Assembly: GCF_018977255.1 (NCBI RefSeq)
Contig: NW_024704743.1
Coordinates: 70,930,001 to 70,994,000, forward strand
Origin: Callorhinchus milii
Lineage: Eukaryota
DNA: 64,000 bases
Reading direction: 5' to 3'
Shown here: in pieces, positions 46,589 through 60,752 of the stretch
Layout of the letters: each line of letters opens with the position of its first letter
Position numbering within the stretch: position 1 is the stretch's first letter
Program-made: the position numbers and the translations under genes
Notes under the pieces: generated by a model
What the model was told of the DNA's origin: nothing
The model's input: the letters and a program-made list of their open reading frames with translations, nothing else
Database searches by the model: none

Positions 46589-49500
46589 CTGCAGTAAGGC
46601 ATAATTTATTGATCACGAAAATTCATACAAGTTCACAACAATAAACGCACAAAACTTTATACTAAATACTATATTGCATAGTGTTTAGCTTTCTGAATCT
46701 TAAAATTTAAAATTTGTATAATAGTTCATTTTAATGTACAGCTCATGTATTCAACAATAAATGAAGGGGCGTAGTTATCAGGACAGCTTGGGCAAATTGT
46801 AACTTTTGAACAGAGGAGGCTGTGGGTGATCTAATTAAGGTATTTTAAGATATTGAAGGAAATTCACAGCATTACAAAATCTAGAACAAGAAGGCACCAT
46901 CTAAACATTAGAGCTGGACCTGGTGACCGATGGTTTTACTCAAATGTAAACAAACCCTACTGATGTAAATAGTAGTGAAATAAGAAGTTTACTCAGAGAT
47001 TGTGGCTTGTGGTATTCACTTCCTCAAAAAGGACAGTTCATGCAGATTATGTGGGAGTGTTTAAGAGGGAATAAGATAAATACTTCGCTAATATGGACAT
47101 TAGGAGATATGGAGACAAGGCAGGAAAATTTTATCCGCCATAATCTAATAAAATGGCAGAGCATGTTTGATGGGCCAAATGACCTGCTACTGTTCTGCTC
47201 CTACTCCTGAATATGTTGGCTTGTGTCAAAGTCTTCTATCATGGAGCTCTGACCTCCTCAACCTCCCCGCCCTATCCCTCAGACTTGCCGAACCAATATG
47301 CAATAAGGGCGTCAGATTCGACCCACAAATCCTTCCTTCCCCAAATCTGGTCCCTGACCAGGACCGCCTTCCTCCACCTCATCGCCCGCCTTCGACCATA
47401 CCTTACCCCAGACACAGCCGAAACAATCATCACCACCTCCTGACTTGACCTCTCAAATGCCCTCTTTGCCGGTCTCCCCAACTCCACCATGCACAAGATA
47501 CAGCTGATACAAAATTCCGCCGCCCGCATACTCACCCGTACTAAACTCCGTCACACCAATCTAGCCACGCTCCACTGGCTCCCTTTCACCAAACTTATCG
47601 ATTTCAAGATCCTCACACTCGTTTTCAAATCCCGTCATGCCCTGGCACCTCCCTACCTCCCTGACCTGCTTACCCCCAACCCACAACCTCCATTCAACTG
47701 GCTTCCCTGCGTGTGTGACGCTATACAAGTGCAAGTTGTTGTTGTTCCTATGTTCCTAATTTTAACGATACTGTTGAATCCTTACTGGTTACTTGGTTTT
47801 TAGGGTCTTTGTGCGTCAGCCTGGATCAGTTGGTTCCAATCTCATCTCTGAGTCAGAAGGTTGTAGGTTCATGAGCCACGTTCGGACTTGGAATTTATAT
47901 TGGCTAAGCTAACACTCCAGTGCAGGGCTGGGAATGTACTGCATGGTTTAAAGTGTCATCCTTCAGTTGAGATGTTAATCCGAGGCCCCATCTGCCTGTT
48001 CAGGTGGACGTTAAAGATCTAATGGCACCATTCAAAAAGAGAAAGAAGTTTCTCCTGGTGTCCTAGCCAACAGTCCACCAAATAAAATTGGACATTCGCT
48101 TCATGGCTGTTTGTGGAACGTTGCTGTGCCCAAATTGGCTGTTGCAATTACCCACAAAATACAGTCACTTCACTTTACAGTATATCCTGTACAGTGCTTT
48201 GAGATGTCCTCCTGATGTGAAAGCTAATGTCACTATTATTGGATTAACAACAACAACAAAATTACATTTATAGAGCGCCTTTCACGTCGGGAGGACGTTC
48301 AGGTAACATAAACTGAATACAGGTATTCTTCCCACCAGAGGGAAGCAAGCATTTTCTTTTCATTGATAAAATCATTCTTTTTCACATGACATAAATCAGA
48401 ATCGTCTGGAGGGTTCGATTAACTTTAAATGAACTAGAAGATAAAGAGAGCTGGGGAGAAGGAAATATTTACCCTCAAAATTGGAACTAACTTGTCTGAA
48501 ATAGAGTTTTTAAAAAGTTTGGGAATGTCAACAACAACTTGCACTTATATAGCGCCCTCCACGTATGGTAGCGTCTCAGAGCACTTAACAGTAGCGGAGC
48601 AGGGGTGGGGGGAGGTGGCCGTAAGCACGGTCGAAGAGGAAGGTTTTCAGGTGGGACTTGAAAAAGGGGAGAGGGGGTCCAGGCGGAGCGATTGAGGGAG
48701 AGTGTTCCAGAGTTTGGGGGCGTAGTGGCTGAAAGCACGACCTACGATGGTGGGGTGGGTGCCAGGGACGAGCAGGAGGCCGGTGACAATCGAGCGGAGG
48801 CGCCGGATGGCGGATTGGGGAGTGAGGAGGGAGGTGCCAGAGAGAGAAGGGATTTAAACACGAGTGTGAGGATCTTGAAGTCGATCCGTTCAGTCATGGG
48901 TACGGAGTTCGGTCCGGGTAAATATGCGGACGGCAAAGTTCTGAATGAGCTGCATCTTTTAAATAGTGGAGCTGGTGAGACTGGCGAGGAGTGCATTTGA
49001 GAAATCCAGGCAGGAGGTGCAAATGCATGCACAAGAGTTTCGGCTGCATTTGGGGTAAGGTATGATCGGATGCGAGCAATGTGGCAGAGGTACAAGAAGG
49101 CAGTCCTGGGCAAGGACAGCAGGGGGTCGAACCAGATGCCTAGATTACGCACTGATTCTTTAAGTGTGAGAAGAGACCAGGGAGATTGAGGAGTTCAGAT
49201 ACGCAGGAATGAAGATGTAGACAGGAGCCAAGGAGTATTTAAACACGAGTGTGAGGATCTTGAAGTCGATCCGTTCAGTGATGAGTACGGATTCAGCTAC
49301 ACTCATCCAGGCCCTGAGGTCTGCCAGACAAGCTGATAAAACATCGGAGGACCTGGAGTTGGTACTGGAGGAGGCAAACTAGATTTGTGTGTCATCCGCA
49401 TATATGTGGATGTTTACCCTGTGTCTGCGGATCACCATCCAGAGAGAGCATATAGATAAGGAAAAGAAGAGGCCCAAGGATGGAGCCCTGGGATACCCTG

Positions 49501-52500
49501 CAGGTGTCCTGGCGGGGGCGGGAGGAGAAACCATTTGCCGAGATGAAATGGAGGCGGTTGGTTAAGTAGGCCTCGAGCCATACGAGCGCAGTTCTACTAA
49601 GGAAGATGAGGGAGGAGAGGCGGTGGAGGAGATCCAGGAGCACGAGGAGGCAGAGGAAGCCCAGGTCACAGATAGAGAGGTTGTCGTTTGTGACTTCAAC
49701 AAGCGCTGTCTGTGTGCTGTGGGTCGAGCAAAAATCAGACTGCAGGGGCTTGAGGAGGGAGTGGAGGGAGAGGTGTGACCGAAGTTGACCTGCAACAATG
49801 AGTTCCTGGACGTTGGTAAGGAAGGGTAGGTTAGAAGTGGAATGGTAGTGTGAAAGATGAGGGGGATCGAGGATGGGTTTTTTGAGGAAGAGTGTCATAG
49901 CAGTGGTTTTCAGGGGGAGTGGAACAGAGCCTGAGGAGAGAGACTGGTTGACCATGTCAGCCAGCAGGGGAGAGGAGGGGGAGTTGAGTGACAAGCAGTT
50001 GGGTGGGGAGGGGGTCAAGGCAGCAGGTGGTGAACTTCATCCGAGTGATTGTGGTTGAGAGGGAGAAATGGGGGAAAAGGAGTGTAAGGATGGAGGAATG
50101 GCAGGAGCCGTGGCAGAGAGAGAAACCGGTGTGGATGGTTTGGGTTGAAGGGGACATGGGTGGGAGAATGATGCAGCCAAGCGGATGTTTTCAATCTTTA
50201 AGACCCCTTCGCACGGCGTTTTAATGTGAGGATAGATTGTGAGGAGTACTACAACTTTGCTTCCTTAGCCAGGACATATTATAATATTTAAAGACACAAC
50301 ATTAGAATAAAGGAATTACATTTAAATAATAATAATCCTTGCATCTGATACAGCATCTTATCACGTCTTCGAAATGCCTCAAAGAGTTTCGCAGAATATA
50401 CTGTAAAGTGAACTGACTGTATATTTTGTGGATGAAACGTGGCAGCCAATTAAATTTGGATGTAAGGGCATAAAAACAATAACTATCTTAACTAATAGAT
50501 TTTTTTCCCTCACAAATCAAAAGTGCACAAAAAACTGGTAACATTCATGAACAGAAGTTAGGAAAAACGAGGAGAAGAAGTTGGGAAATACATTTTCTAT
50601 TAAAATACTGCACAAATAAGCAGGAAAATCACATGATGGTGTCCTTTGGTTTTAGAGATCCCCAAGCTTCACTCGCCTACTGCAAAGCCATATCACTCAA
50701 GAGGAGGAATTCTGAGTTCCTGAACAATTTATTTTATCATCGTGGCAACTTTCAATTGGTCTGAGAAGAGGAGACTAAAACATTCTAAAATTGCAATTCC
50801 AGTAGCTGGGAAGGTCCAGATTTGCTCTGAGACAAGAAGCTGCTGCCCCATTAAAGTGCATGTAGCCATTTTATGAATATTTTTATGATCAATGGTATTA
50901 CTCAAATGTAAAATTTACCCTACCTACTTAAACAAATGGTAAATAAACTCACCTTATTACTTTAGCCTATTACCCGAATCCTGAACATAACTTTTTCTGC
51001 CAGACATCAGTAGACAAAAGTGCTGTCAACACTTACTTATTTTCCCAAATTGATATTACACAGATTTTCACTCCCTCCCTCTTTCCAGGCACATCTCAAA
51101 ATGTATCTCTTTGACCCCGCTTTCGTTCATGTTTCCTCTGCCCACCCCCCTCAGCTTGGTGCCCATCCAGACAGCAACAAATTGCATTTCTATAGTGCCT
51201 TTCATTTCGGGAATACAATGAATGCACCTTGGGATAGTGGTGCCACCGAGCGCTGAAATTCTGGACTCTCTGCCTCAATCTCCATCTCGTCTCTTCCTTG
51301 TCCATCTTCAGATCACTCCCAAGGACCTTCCATTTCAATCCCGCCTATGGTCACCTTGCTCCTCTTCCTGCAGTATCAGCATCAAACTCCACCAGTGTTT
51401 AAGCACGTCAAAAAGCTATCTCTCGTGAAGAGCAGCTTGTAAATGCAACATGTCGCTGATGATCCACGGCTGTTTGAGGGACACTGCTGTGCACAATTGA
51501 CTGCTGCATTTCGCCCACAAAATATACAGTCAATTCAGTATATTCTGTGAAGCGCTTTGAGGAGTCTCAAAGACATGATATGGCACTAGAATTATTATTA
51601 TAATTATTATTATGAATGTCACTCTATAAATGTAAGTTGTATTCTGCACAATAACCACAGTAGTGACCTATGGTTGTAATTCTTATTCAAAAGTAGTTCT
51701 TCACAGGTAAAAAAAAAATTCCTGCCAAGTCTAGTCAGAGTGGTGATAATCTGAAGTTGATGAATATCCCTCGAATATAAGCATAATTCTGGTTGGTAGT
51801 TGATTGGTGGATTGCTTTCTGTGGGTAATAAGCCCTTCAAAACAATTTTTTTATGTGATGATAATTTGGTCACTCAATCCACGACTGTTTGTGGGACAGT
51901 GCTGTGCGCAATTGGCTGCCGCGTTTCGCCCACAAAATACGCAGTCAATTCACTTTACGGTCTATTCTGTGAAGCGCTTTGAGACGTCTCAACGACGTGA
52001 TGAGGCGCTGTATCAAAATGCACGGATTATTAGTACTATCAATCTCCATTTTGCAAAGAAAACATTCAGCAGTGACCCGCCCGGGTGGTCCCTGCACTGC
52101 TGTACCTGCATTGGCGAGGTGCACTGTACCAGTTTCACGGGGCAGGTCAGCGGAGGCTCTGAGGCCGCCGACCTCCTCGTCGGACCATTCGGGATTCACG
52201 GCCTCGATGAGGCAGATGGCGACCGAGCAGCCGCTCCAGCGCACCTTGGACTTCTCGTGGCGGCCCAGCGCCAGTATCCTGTCCATCCTCAGGAAGGCCC
52301 TGGCCATAGCCTGGTGGATGGAGTAGTACCGCCGGCTGGTCTCGTCCTCCCCGGAGGGCGGCCCCGGCTCGGGGTCCTGGGGCCCGGGCCGCTGGTCACT
52401 GCTGAACAGCACTCGGAACCCGGAGACCATGTCGCGCTGCTCGGGCGGGAACTCGAAGGAACTGTCGACCGTTACCAACTGCTCCAGCACGAGCGGCGGC

Positions 52501-53567
52501 AGCTCGACGGACGACAGCCGCGCGGCCGAGGCCCCGTGGTTACCGCCAAAGAGCCCGACGAACCAGGCGTCGCTCCTGCCGCCGTAACTCGGCAGGAAGG
52601 CGGACGAGTCCTCCAGCTCGGTCCTCCAAGCGGCGTTCCTGTCCTGGCACAGCCCCCGGGTGAGGAATGGGCAGCTGCCGGGCTGAGGCGACGGCAGAGG
52701 CCAGTCGTGCTCACAGTGCGGGGCGAGCCGCTCCCGCCGGGTGAGGAAGGGCCACCGGGAGCGCAGGTAAGCTCGCAGCAGGTCGTAGGCGGCGTCGATC
52801 CGCCACAGGGCGTCGCGGCTCCACGTCTTCCTGCTCAGCTGCTCGGCGACCAGGTTCCAGCGCCGGTCGCTGACGGCGCTCAAGTCGCCCGTCTCCTCCC
52901 GGGCGTCGAAACCCAGGCGGGTGTAGGCCCCGTGCAGCTCCCGGTGGTAGCGCAGGCGCCGCGCCCGCACATAGCGGCGGCACGAGGGGCAGGGCACGCC
53001 GGCCACGTCACACAGGCGAGCCGGGGGCGGCGGGGCCCCGGGGGCCACCGGGGGGTCAGTCGTGGGGACCGCCCGAGCCTCCTCTGCCATGGCCGTACCC
53101 GGGAGTTCCGGAGTCTCGCCGTCCTCGAAAACCCCGACGAGCAGCATGGACTCCTTCTCGGTGGAGACCCGCGCCTCCTCCATTGTGTCCGGGTCGGAGA
53201 CCATCGACCCCTCGCAGGCCTCCTCCTTGGCGTACCTGCGGGACACCAGGAACTCCTCCATGGTGGCTTTGCCCGGCAGCAAGAAGACGTCGGTCATCAC
53301 CGTGCCCGTGAGCATCGCGGAGAGGCTACTGGAGAGGTCCCACTCCTTCCTCATCTCCCAACCGGAGTCCAGGAGGAACTCGTCGTTGGAAACGTTACAA
53401 GGGAGTACCGATAAATCGTCCATGGGGTCCTCGCCCACACTGACCGCGGGCTCCGGGGTGTCCATCAAGGCGCTGACCGAAGACCCCAACTTTTCTCTTT
53501 CCCCGGCCAAGCCCGAGAGCGCCGCACCTTCCCCCGGGTCGGGAGCGGAGGGGACCTCGCCCGCCAT
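44805..53567 (-). CDS. PP2D1: Protein phosphatase 2C-like domain-containing protein 1, two coding exons, ~1081 aa
   Basis: complement(join(52106-53567, 44805-46588)); junction [19 protein letters not shown] in phase 1. PP2C-family motifs ([39 protein letters not shown]); synteny between RAB5A and KAT2B. Confidence 0.88.
47230..47746 (+). mobile_element. L2 LINE 3' fragment
   Basis: [26 protein letters not shown]; (GTT)n tail. Confidence 0.85.
47815..48240 (+). mobile_element. Older DeuSINE (SacSINE1/AmnSINE1-like)
   Basis: GAGGCCCCATCTGCCTGTTCAGGTGGACGTTAAAGATC...GGTGTCCTAGCCAAC...GCTGTTTGTGG Deu-domain-like sequence (recalled consensus); related copies at ~5905-6200, ~22790-22995, ~32893-33110 and ~43915-44315. 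Confidence 0.7.
48528..50060 (-). mobile_element. L2-clade LINE fragment, internally rearranged
   Basis: [36 protein letters not shown]; (GTT)n tail; ~55-bp internal duplication at ~48853 and ~49239. Confidence 0.88.
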
Positions 53568-54450
53568 GTCCCCAAAGTGAACGGGAACCGCAGTCAAAGG
53601 AAGACAGAGAGAGAGAGAGCCTTCGACGGAAACCACACCCCCCACTCCCGCCGCCCCCCGCCGCCGCCGCCGCCGCTCGGTTGGGCTCCTGGTAGATCCG
53701 CGACTCGGGAGGTTTGCAACACCACCCACGACGACACGAAAGGTAATTTGCACACGGGTTAGAGGCAAAGGGACGGCTAACGCAGACTAAACCCGGGCCA
53801 TTGCCAAAAGGGGTGTGAGCCTCGGACGCGAAGTCGATTCGAACATTTTTTTTGTGCGCGTTGTCCGGTCGGTTGCTGAAACTGCAGTGCTAATATGTCA
53901 GTACTAATTCAGTAGAGAGAGCGGTCAAAGACTCGAAGTATCCCGAGTACAGTGCCGTGGAGCAGTTGCCAGTCTCAGTCCCTCTGAATAATTGGGGGCA
54001 AACAATCCCCGTCTCCAGTTGGATTGAACGATCATTTCCAAAGCCAAAGTTGCAGTGGGACCTGATGTGTTATGTCTGTTGAATACTCGATCCTCGGCCG
54101 CTTTCCGGACGTCAATATTAAACAATAAACGGCCTTTTGGCATTAAAGCAGAATTTAGAGGCACTCTTTTCGGTTTCTTTATGCGGATCCGCAAACTTAA
54201 ATAGCCATCGAATCGCTTTGGAAGATTTTTTTTTCCCCCCTGAAACTGGAACATTTGACACGGGAGAGGTCTGGGTCAACGGGAAATGCGCGTTCACGTC
54301 CCGTATTCCTTCAGGACTAAACGAGGCTCGGTGGGCAGGAAAATATCTTAATATTGCTGGCGATCGGCTTGAAACTGAAACAAAGGAACGCGTTGTTGTT
54401 AAATATTGTCGTGGAAACAGTTTCTTAGGTGACGCCTGACCGGTGTACAT
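52080..54450. promoter_or_regulatory. CpG island covering PP2D1 exon 1 and upstream region
   Basis: Very high CpG density against a CpG-poor background. Confidence 0.65.
52106..53567 (-). CDS. PP2D1: PP2D1 exon 1 (GC-rich, N-terminal half)
   Basis: Within ORF 51945-53768; GACATGG start at 53567 (start choice inferred); GTACAG donor after NAG. Confidence 0.82.
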
Positions 54451-55599
54451 AAGGCGTGACCCGCTGTCAGCTTTTGTTACCTGGATTTTTAATGTTTAAC
54501 TGCACTTATTTTTTTCAAGCACACAGACTCCACACATCTGCAAAGCATTTCTCTCCGTGCGAACCCACTGTAAACCATGTCAACAACAACAACAACAACA
54601 AGATTCCATTTATAAAGCGCCTTTCACGTCAGGAGGACGTCCCAAGGCGCTGTACAGTTGGGTCATGTCCGCGCAGAACAGAGACCCGCATTATAACCAA
54701 TGCCATTCAAGCAATGACAGGTACCCTCTGCAGTGAAGCGCTGACTGTGTTGGCTGCCCTGTCAGTCTGAGCGGCCACTGGCAAAAGGAGACCCAACGGG
54801 GGGGAGAAAAACCCACCTGTGTAGCAATTGACGGTCCGGAGTTGTACCCTGAATTTCCAAGCCAGTCTTCTTCCAAGTTTCTTTTGAGCTACATAACACT
54901 GACTTCAAACGGGAAACCGAGTATTAAAACAATTCCGAATTCTGGATGTTCAGAAATGCTTCGTGGATTAAACCTGAGCTAACGTGGAATTCCTCCCCAT
55001 TAGCTGTCCAAACGGTTGCAAGAACCAAGCTGCCCACACATCTATACGCACTGTATCTACGGGATATTTTCATGAGCAAATAACAGGAAACTTCCAGGAG
55101 CAAAAATATCTTATCTTATTGAATCAAGTAACAAGAGGAGTGCAGATAAACCAGGGTTCCTTGGAGGAGTAAATGAAATGAAAATAAAATGTAAAAGAGA
55201 GAAATACAATACATCTAAAGATGATAATACAGAGGAAATCAGGCAGAGTATAGAAAATACACAAGTGAATCTCCCTGGTTCGGCGTCAAGCTCTGCCACT
55301 ATTAAACCCTCCGAGATGCTATCTGTATTAAGAGCGCTATATCTCCGCAAATTATTGTTTTGGCACTTATGTTCAAAAAAGCACAATGTAAGCAAAGTAG
55401 CTGTAGATCAGTCAGCCTAAGATTGATAATGGGCAAACCTTTAGAGGACGAAATAGAGCCAGGGTACCACATCAGAGGCTTGTTTAAAAAAACGTTTAAG
55501 CTCCATGGTATTGCTAGAAAGATGGCAGTATGGATAGAATGTTGTTTAAAGTTAGGAAACAGAGGGGAAGTAAATGGATGTTATTCAGAATGTATAAAC

Positions 55600-57025
55600 C
55601 AGAACTCTGAAGCCCATGTCCTCTCCTGCACCAAACTCCATGACCCCATCTCACTCATTCTCGCCCAACTTCATTGGCTCCCTATCCTTCAGAGGATCCA
55701 GTTCAAGATCCTGCTCCTCACCTACAAAGCCCTCCATGGCATCGCCCCACCCTCCCTCTGTGACCTCCTAACCCCCTACCAATGCGCCCGCTCCCTCAGC
55801 TCAGCCGGCTCCGGCCTGCTCCACGTCCCCCGACCCACCCGCCCCACCATTGGCTGGAGAGCCTTCAGCCACTCTGGCCCCAACCTCTGGAACTCGATCC
55901 CCCAGTCACTCTGCCTCGCCCCCTCCTTAGCCTCCTTCAAATCCCGCCTCAAAACCCTCCTCTTTGACCATGCCATCAGCCACCCCCCTTCCCCTCCCCT
56001 TCCTTCTCCCCCCTTGACCCCAGCTCAGGTCTGAAATGCTGTACACTGTCCAGAGCCTTGGGACGTGCTCCCGACGTGAAAGGCACTATACAAAAGTAAT
56101 CTTGTTGTTGTTGTATAATGCTCTCTGTAACTGCATCCTAGAGTCCCTCCAACTCGCTCCCTCCCTCTCTTTCAAGGCCCGTCTCAAAATGTATCTCTTT
56201 GACTATTAGCCAAAGTTCCCGTCCCCAACTCCATCAGCTCAGGTTCAAAAGCCGCTGAAACTCTGGTCCATGCCTTTGTCATCTCTCCGCTGGACTACTC
56301 CAACGTCCTCCTCGCCGGTCTCCCAGCGTCAGGTTCAACCCCAATTATCCTTCCTCCCCCACATCCTGTCCCTTACCAGCATCGCCTTTTTCCACCTCCG
56401 TCGCATCGCCTGTCTCCGCCAATATCAATACCTCTCCCCAAAAGCCGCTGAAACCCTGGTCCATGCCTTTGTCATCTCTCGGCTGGACAACTCTAATGCC
56501 CTCCTCACCGGTTTCCCATCCACTGCCATCCACAAAATCCAAATCATTCAGAACTCTGCCGCCCGCATTCTCACCCGCACTTAACTCCGCTCCCCGATCA
56601 CCCCAGTCCTTGCCAGACTGCACTGGCTGCCTATCCCAGGGAGGCTTGACTTCAAGATCCTCACCCTCGTATTCAAGTCCCTGCACTCCTCTGCACCCCC
56701 CTACCTCTCTGACCTCTCTCCTCAAAACAGCACCCATTGCCTTCGTTCCTCCGGGTCTGGCCTCCCCCGAGTCCTCCGCTCCACCGGCTGTACCTTCAGC
56801 CACTATACCCCGAGGCTCGGAAACTGCCTTCCTCACTCCCTTCATCTCGCTCCCTCCCTTCCCATTTTCAAGTCTCTGCTGAAGACCTTTTCGACAGCGC
56901 CTTTGGTCACCTTCCCCCCCCCCCCCCCCCCCTCCCCCCGGCTCGGTCCCGAAATCCGAAACTGTAAAGCGCTCTGAGACGCCCTCCGGCATGGAGGGCG
57001 CTATATAAATCCAAGTTGTTGTTGT
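55600..57025 (+). mobile_element. Cluster of L2 LINE 3' fragments
   Basis: LHWLPILQRIQFKIL (55600-56112) and HAFVISRLDNSNALL...QNSAARIL (56330-57025, closely similar to the 27465-28150 copy); (GTT)n tails. Confidence 0.87.
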
Positions 57026-57292
57026 AGCTCCCATCTCCAGCTCAGGTTGCCAGTCAGGACTATGAATCGGCCTTGGGATGTCCTGAGATGAAAGGTGCTA
57101 CATAAATGTAAAATATATTGTAATTGGATTGTATTTTAAATAGTAATGCATTCCAGCAGTCTACAACAGGACATCTACATAAATTATGGATATCCTCGGG
57201 GAGGTGGGGGGGGATACGAATGGTCTTGTGCTTGTTAATTGAATGTCTGTGGCAGTCTTGGTAGTCAGGTGGGTCCACAGTAATATATATGT

Positions 57293-57603
57293 ATAATAAT
57301 AATCCTTACATTTGATATAGCACTTTTCACATCTTCTAGATAACTCAAAGCGCTTCACAGAATATACTGTAAAGTGAATTGACTGCATATTTGTGGGCGA
57401 AACGCGGCAGCCAGTCGCGCATAGCAGTGTCCCACAAACAATCGTGGATTGAAGTGATCAATTTTATTATTGTTTTTTTTCTTGAGGGATTATTATCAGG
57501 CGTGTGGAGTAAGGAAATTTGCCCAAGGTTTCACCCTGGCAACAATCAAACCCAGGTCTCTCGATTGTGAGGTGAGTGCTCTAACCACTGAGCTACAATA
57601 TTC
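57293..57603 (-). mobile_element. tRNA-headed SINE
   Basis: Same family. Confidence 0.82.
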
Positions 57604-60383
57604 CAGGGAACTGGTTACAACAGACCAGCCAGCATGGTTCATCAGCAGGATTTTTTTGGATTCAGCCAAATGTCTGACACGTGCGAAAACCTAACACCAT
57701 GCTTAAGAATATCCAAGCTTCACCTGCATTGGGACCTTGCTGCCTTGAAGAGAGACGAGCACAACCAGAGTGTCCTTCACCATTTCTTCTCGCAGTCCTT
57801 CAGGACAGTGTCCAGGCAAAAGTTGGTGTCTACTACAACCCCCAGTTACTGTTTAGAATCAATAATTGGGGGTGATGCCCTTTGTATATTCCATTCATTA
57901 CCCTCAATATTTTCTCTTGAGCCATGCAGAAACATGATTACTGACTCAGGGTTGCCCACTGTCATGTCCCACCAGGTAGCCCAGTGTTCAAGCTGCTGAG
58001 TGCATTGCAAAAGTTCCCAGGTGAATCTGCCAGCAGGATTTGGAAGGCAGACCAGTCACTGGGAGCAGGAATTCTTGCCACTCAACTACTGTTAACCTTG
58101 CATGTCAAAACCCTAAAGGGTAGGATGATCCAAGCTGAACAAATAGTTGGAAGCTTGTCAGACAGCACTCTCAATAGCAAGCTATGCAGTTTTATCTAGT
58201 AAAACTCTAGGAGTACCTCAACACACACTCTGGAGTCCCCAAGCTCTGACTATTGCAAAATTGGACTGAATTGCTGCCTTCTGGTAAGATTCTATGGAAT
58301 CAGTTATTGAGCCTTTCTTGAGTTATTGAGTCAGTTGTGTATTCATAGAGTTGTGGCTGTTAACAATGATTTGACCAATGGGTAGTTTTCTTTTGATAAA
58401 ACAGGTGAAAAATGAAAAGGGAAATACAAGGCTGGTAATATTTTCTTTCCCCTCTAGAGCTTGAGTTGCTCCTACTCTCCCCTCTTTCAAGGTGCATCTC
58501 AAAACATACCCTTTTGTGCATTCAGTCATCTTTCTCCTTACCCCCTCCCCCCCACCCCCAGCCTTCACCCTCAGCTCTAGTGCCCAGCCAGTTTTGTTAA
58601 GCATTTGGGAGTGTCCTCCTGACATAAGAGGCACTATATAATTGTAAGTTATATTTTATTGGGTTCTCTTAGACTGATATGATGAAAATCTTAATTTTTT
58701 GCTAGATTACACATTTGGATGAAGAAGGCCCTTCGGCCCATCCAATTTCATCCCTCCAGAACACCGACCCCACAATCCACCCCCTCCCCCAATATCAAGC
58801 TGCTTTTTCAATAAGTCCAGTGTTCTGGTCTCAAATACCCTTCCTGGTAATCTGTTCCAATCCTGTTAACCCAGCAAGTCAAAGTCCTTACAGGTAGGGA
58901 AAGCTTGCCAGACAGCAATATCAATGGCAAGCTATGTGGTTTTAGCTGGTTAGACTCCAGCAGTACCTGAACACACTTTCTGGGGTCCCCAAGCCTTAGC
59001 TCTTGCCAACCTGCACCTAACCCTCTCTGGAATTAGGTAAGCAGGATTTGTCCCTCCAGGGAGAGTGTGCAATCCATTCCAACAGTGTATCTCTGGGATT
59101 TTCGTGTGTAAGTGGGATGAATGAAAATCTCAGCTTGGTTTGGATACTCTTTAGCATCTTGATGGGTTTCCGCATGTGTCAGACACCCAGCTGATCAAAG
59201 AAAAAAAATTCTAGTCATTATTGAGTGATTAATGGGGGGAAAAAATACTTGCTGGTATCTGTCCTGAAATTGTCCTTTACAAATCTAAATCTACGTCCTC
59301 TTGTTCTGCAGAATTAAATGACAAAGGTTTAAAATTACAAGTCTCCAGTGAGAATACTTTAGAGATGTATTCCCTACAGAGGTGTAGGTAATTACAACAA
59401 ATGCCCAACAAAAGCAGTTGATAATGTATAATAATCTCCTTCGCAAGAAGCTGCATAAATAACTGGTAGTAAGGAGTTAAAAGTTATTAGAATGGGTGTA
59501 GACAGTTGATTAAGTAGTTATATAGGACACCATGGCTACTGTTGAGGGAGGGGTAATTGTTATCTATGGTCAGCAGCAGGCCAGGGTTAAATAGTGGAGG
59601 CAGGAATGGATGAATATGCTGCTGAGTGTTGCTTGATTCACCAGAAAGCCTTCATGGAGAACTTTTCCTTGTGGTGATTAGAAGCAATGAATACACATCC
59701 ACTTTAGGATAGATTGTGGGTGGCTGTTTGAAGAAGGGAACTTGATATTCTTAGTGTGCTCTTCTAATTCAATGCTTTGTAACTGGCAATAAATGACCAC
59801 TGGCGAATATAGGCAAAGTTGTGCGCAAGTTTTAGACTCGCATGAGGTGGCCCATGAGCAAAACAGGTTTTACTTGCTGGTATCTACAGTCAGTGTAATT
59901 GTGTGTAATTTTTCCCCCTGGGAAGAAAAAATCCTCAGATCCCTCACCAATGCCTCACAGAAACAAAATGCTTCCTTCATCAGTGACCAGTCACTCTCCA
60001 GACCTCAGAGCATCAGTTAATCTGATCAAAAATTATTTTGTCTCCGCATTCAACAACAACATTACATTTGTATAGTGCCTTTCACATCAGAAGGACATCA
60101 GATTACAGACTGAATTCACAACTCCCATTTCCCATTCTGCATAGACTCAAGAACAAGGAATTGTGGAACAGTGGAATGCATTGCCTGAAAAGGTGGTGGA
60201 GGCCGATTCGATAACAACTTTTAAAAACGCGGTTGATGGGTATTTCAGGAGGACGGGTTTGCAGGGTTATGGGGAAAGAGCTGGGGAGTGGGATTGACAT
60301 TACGTTGCTCTTTTCAAAGAGACAGCACAGACTCGATGGGCCGATTGGCCTCTTTTTGTGCTGTACGATTCTACGAAGGTCCA

Positions 60384-60752
60384 TGTGGAGTCCAGCTCAG
60401 TGGTTAGAGCACTAACCTCACAAGAGAACCTGGTTTTGATTCCCGTCAGGGCGAAACATTGGGCAAGTTTGCTTATCCCACAAGCCTCTGTTCATCTAGC
60501 AGTAAAGTAGGAATTTGGTTGTTCGTTAATTGCCAGATCGCTTTTCCAGGGTTAATAATCCCTTCAAAAAAAAATAGTCTGGTCATTTAATCCACAACTG
60601 TTTGTGGGACATTGCTGTGCACAATTGGCTGCCGCATTTCACCCACAAAATATACAGTCAATTCACTTACAGTATATTCTGTGAAGCGCTTTGAGACATC
60701 TCGAAGACGCGATATGGCACTATATCAAATGCAAGGATTATTATATTATATT
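60384..60752 (+). mobile_element. tRNA-headed SINE
   Basis: Same family, full length. Confidence 0.82.

Noticed and set aside
51804..53414. 536-aa plus-strand ORF
   Set aside because: Antisense shadow of GC-rich PP2D1 exon 1; it starts in a SINE and has no recognisable domain
53568..53768. Upstream in-frame extension of PP2D1
   Set aside because: No ATG; GC-rich open frame with simple repeats, likely 5'UTR
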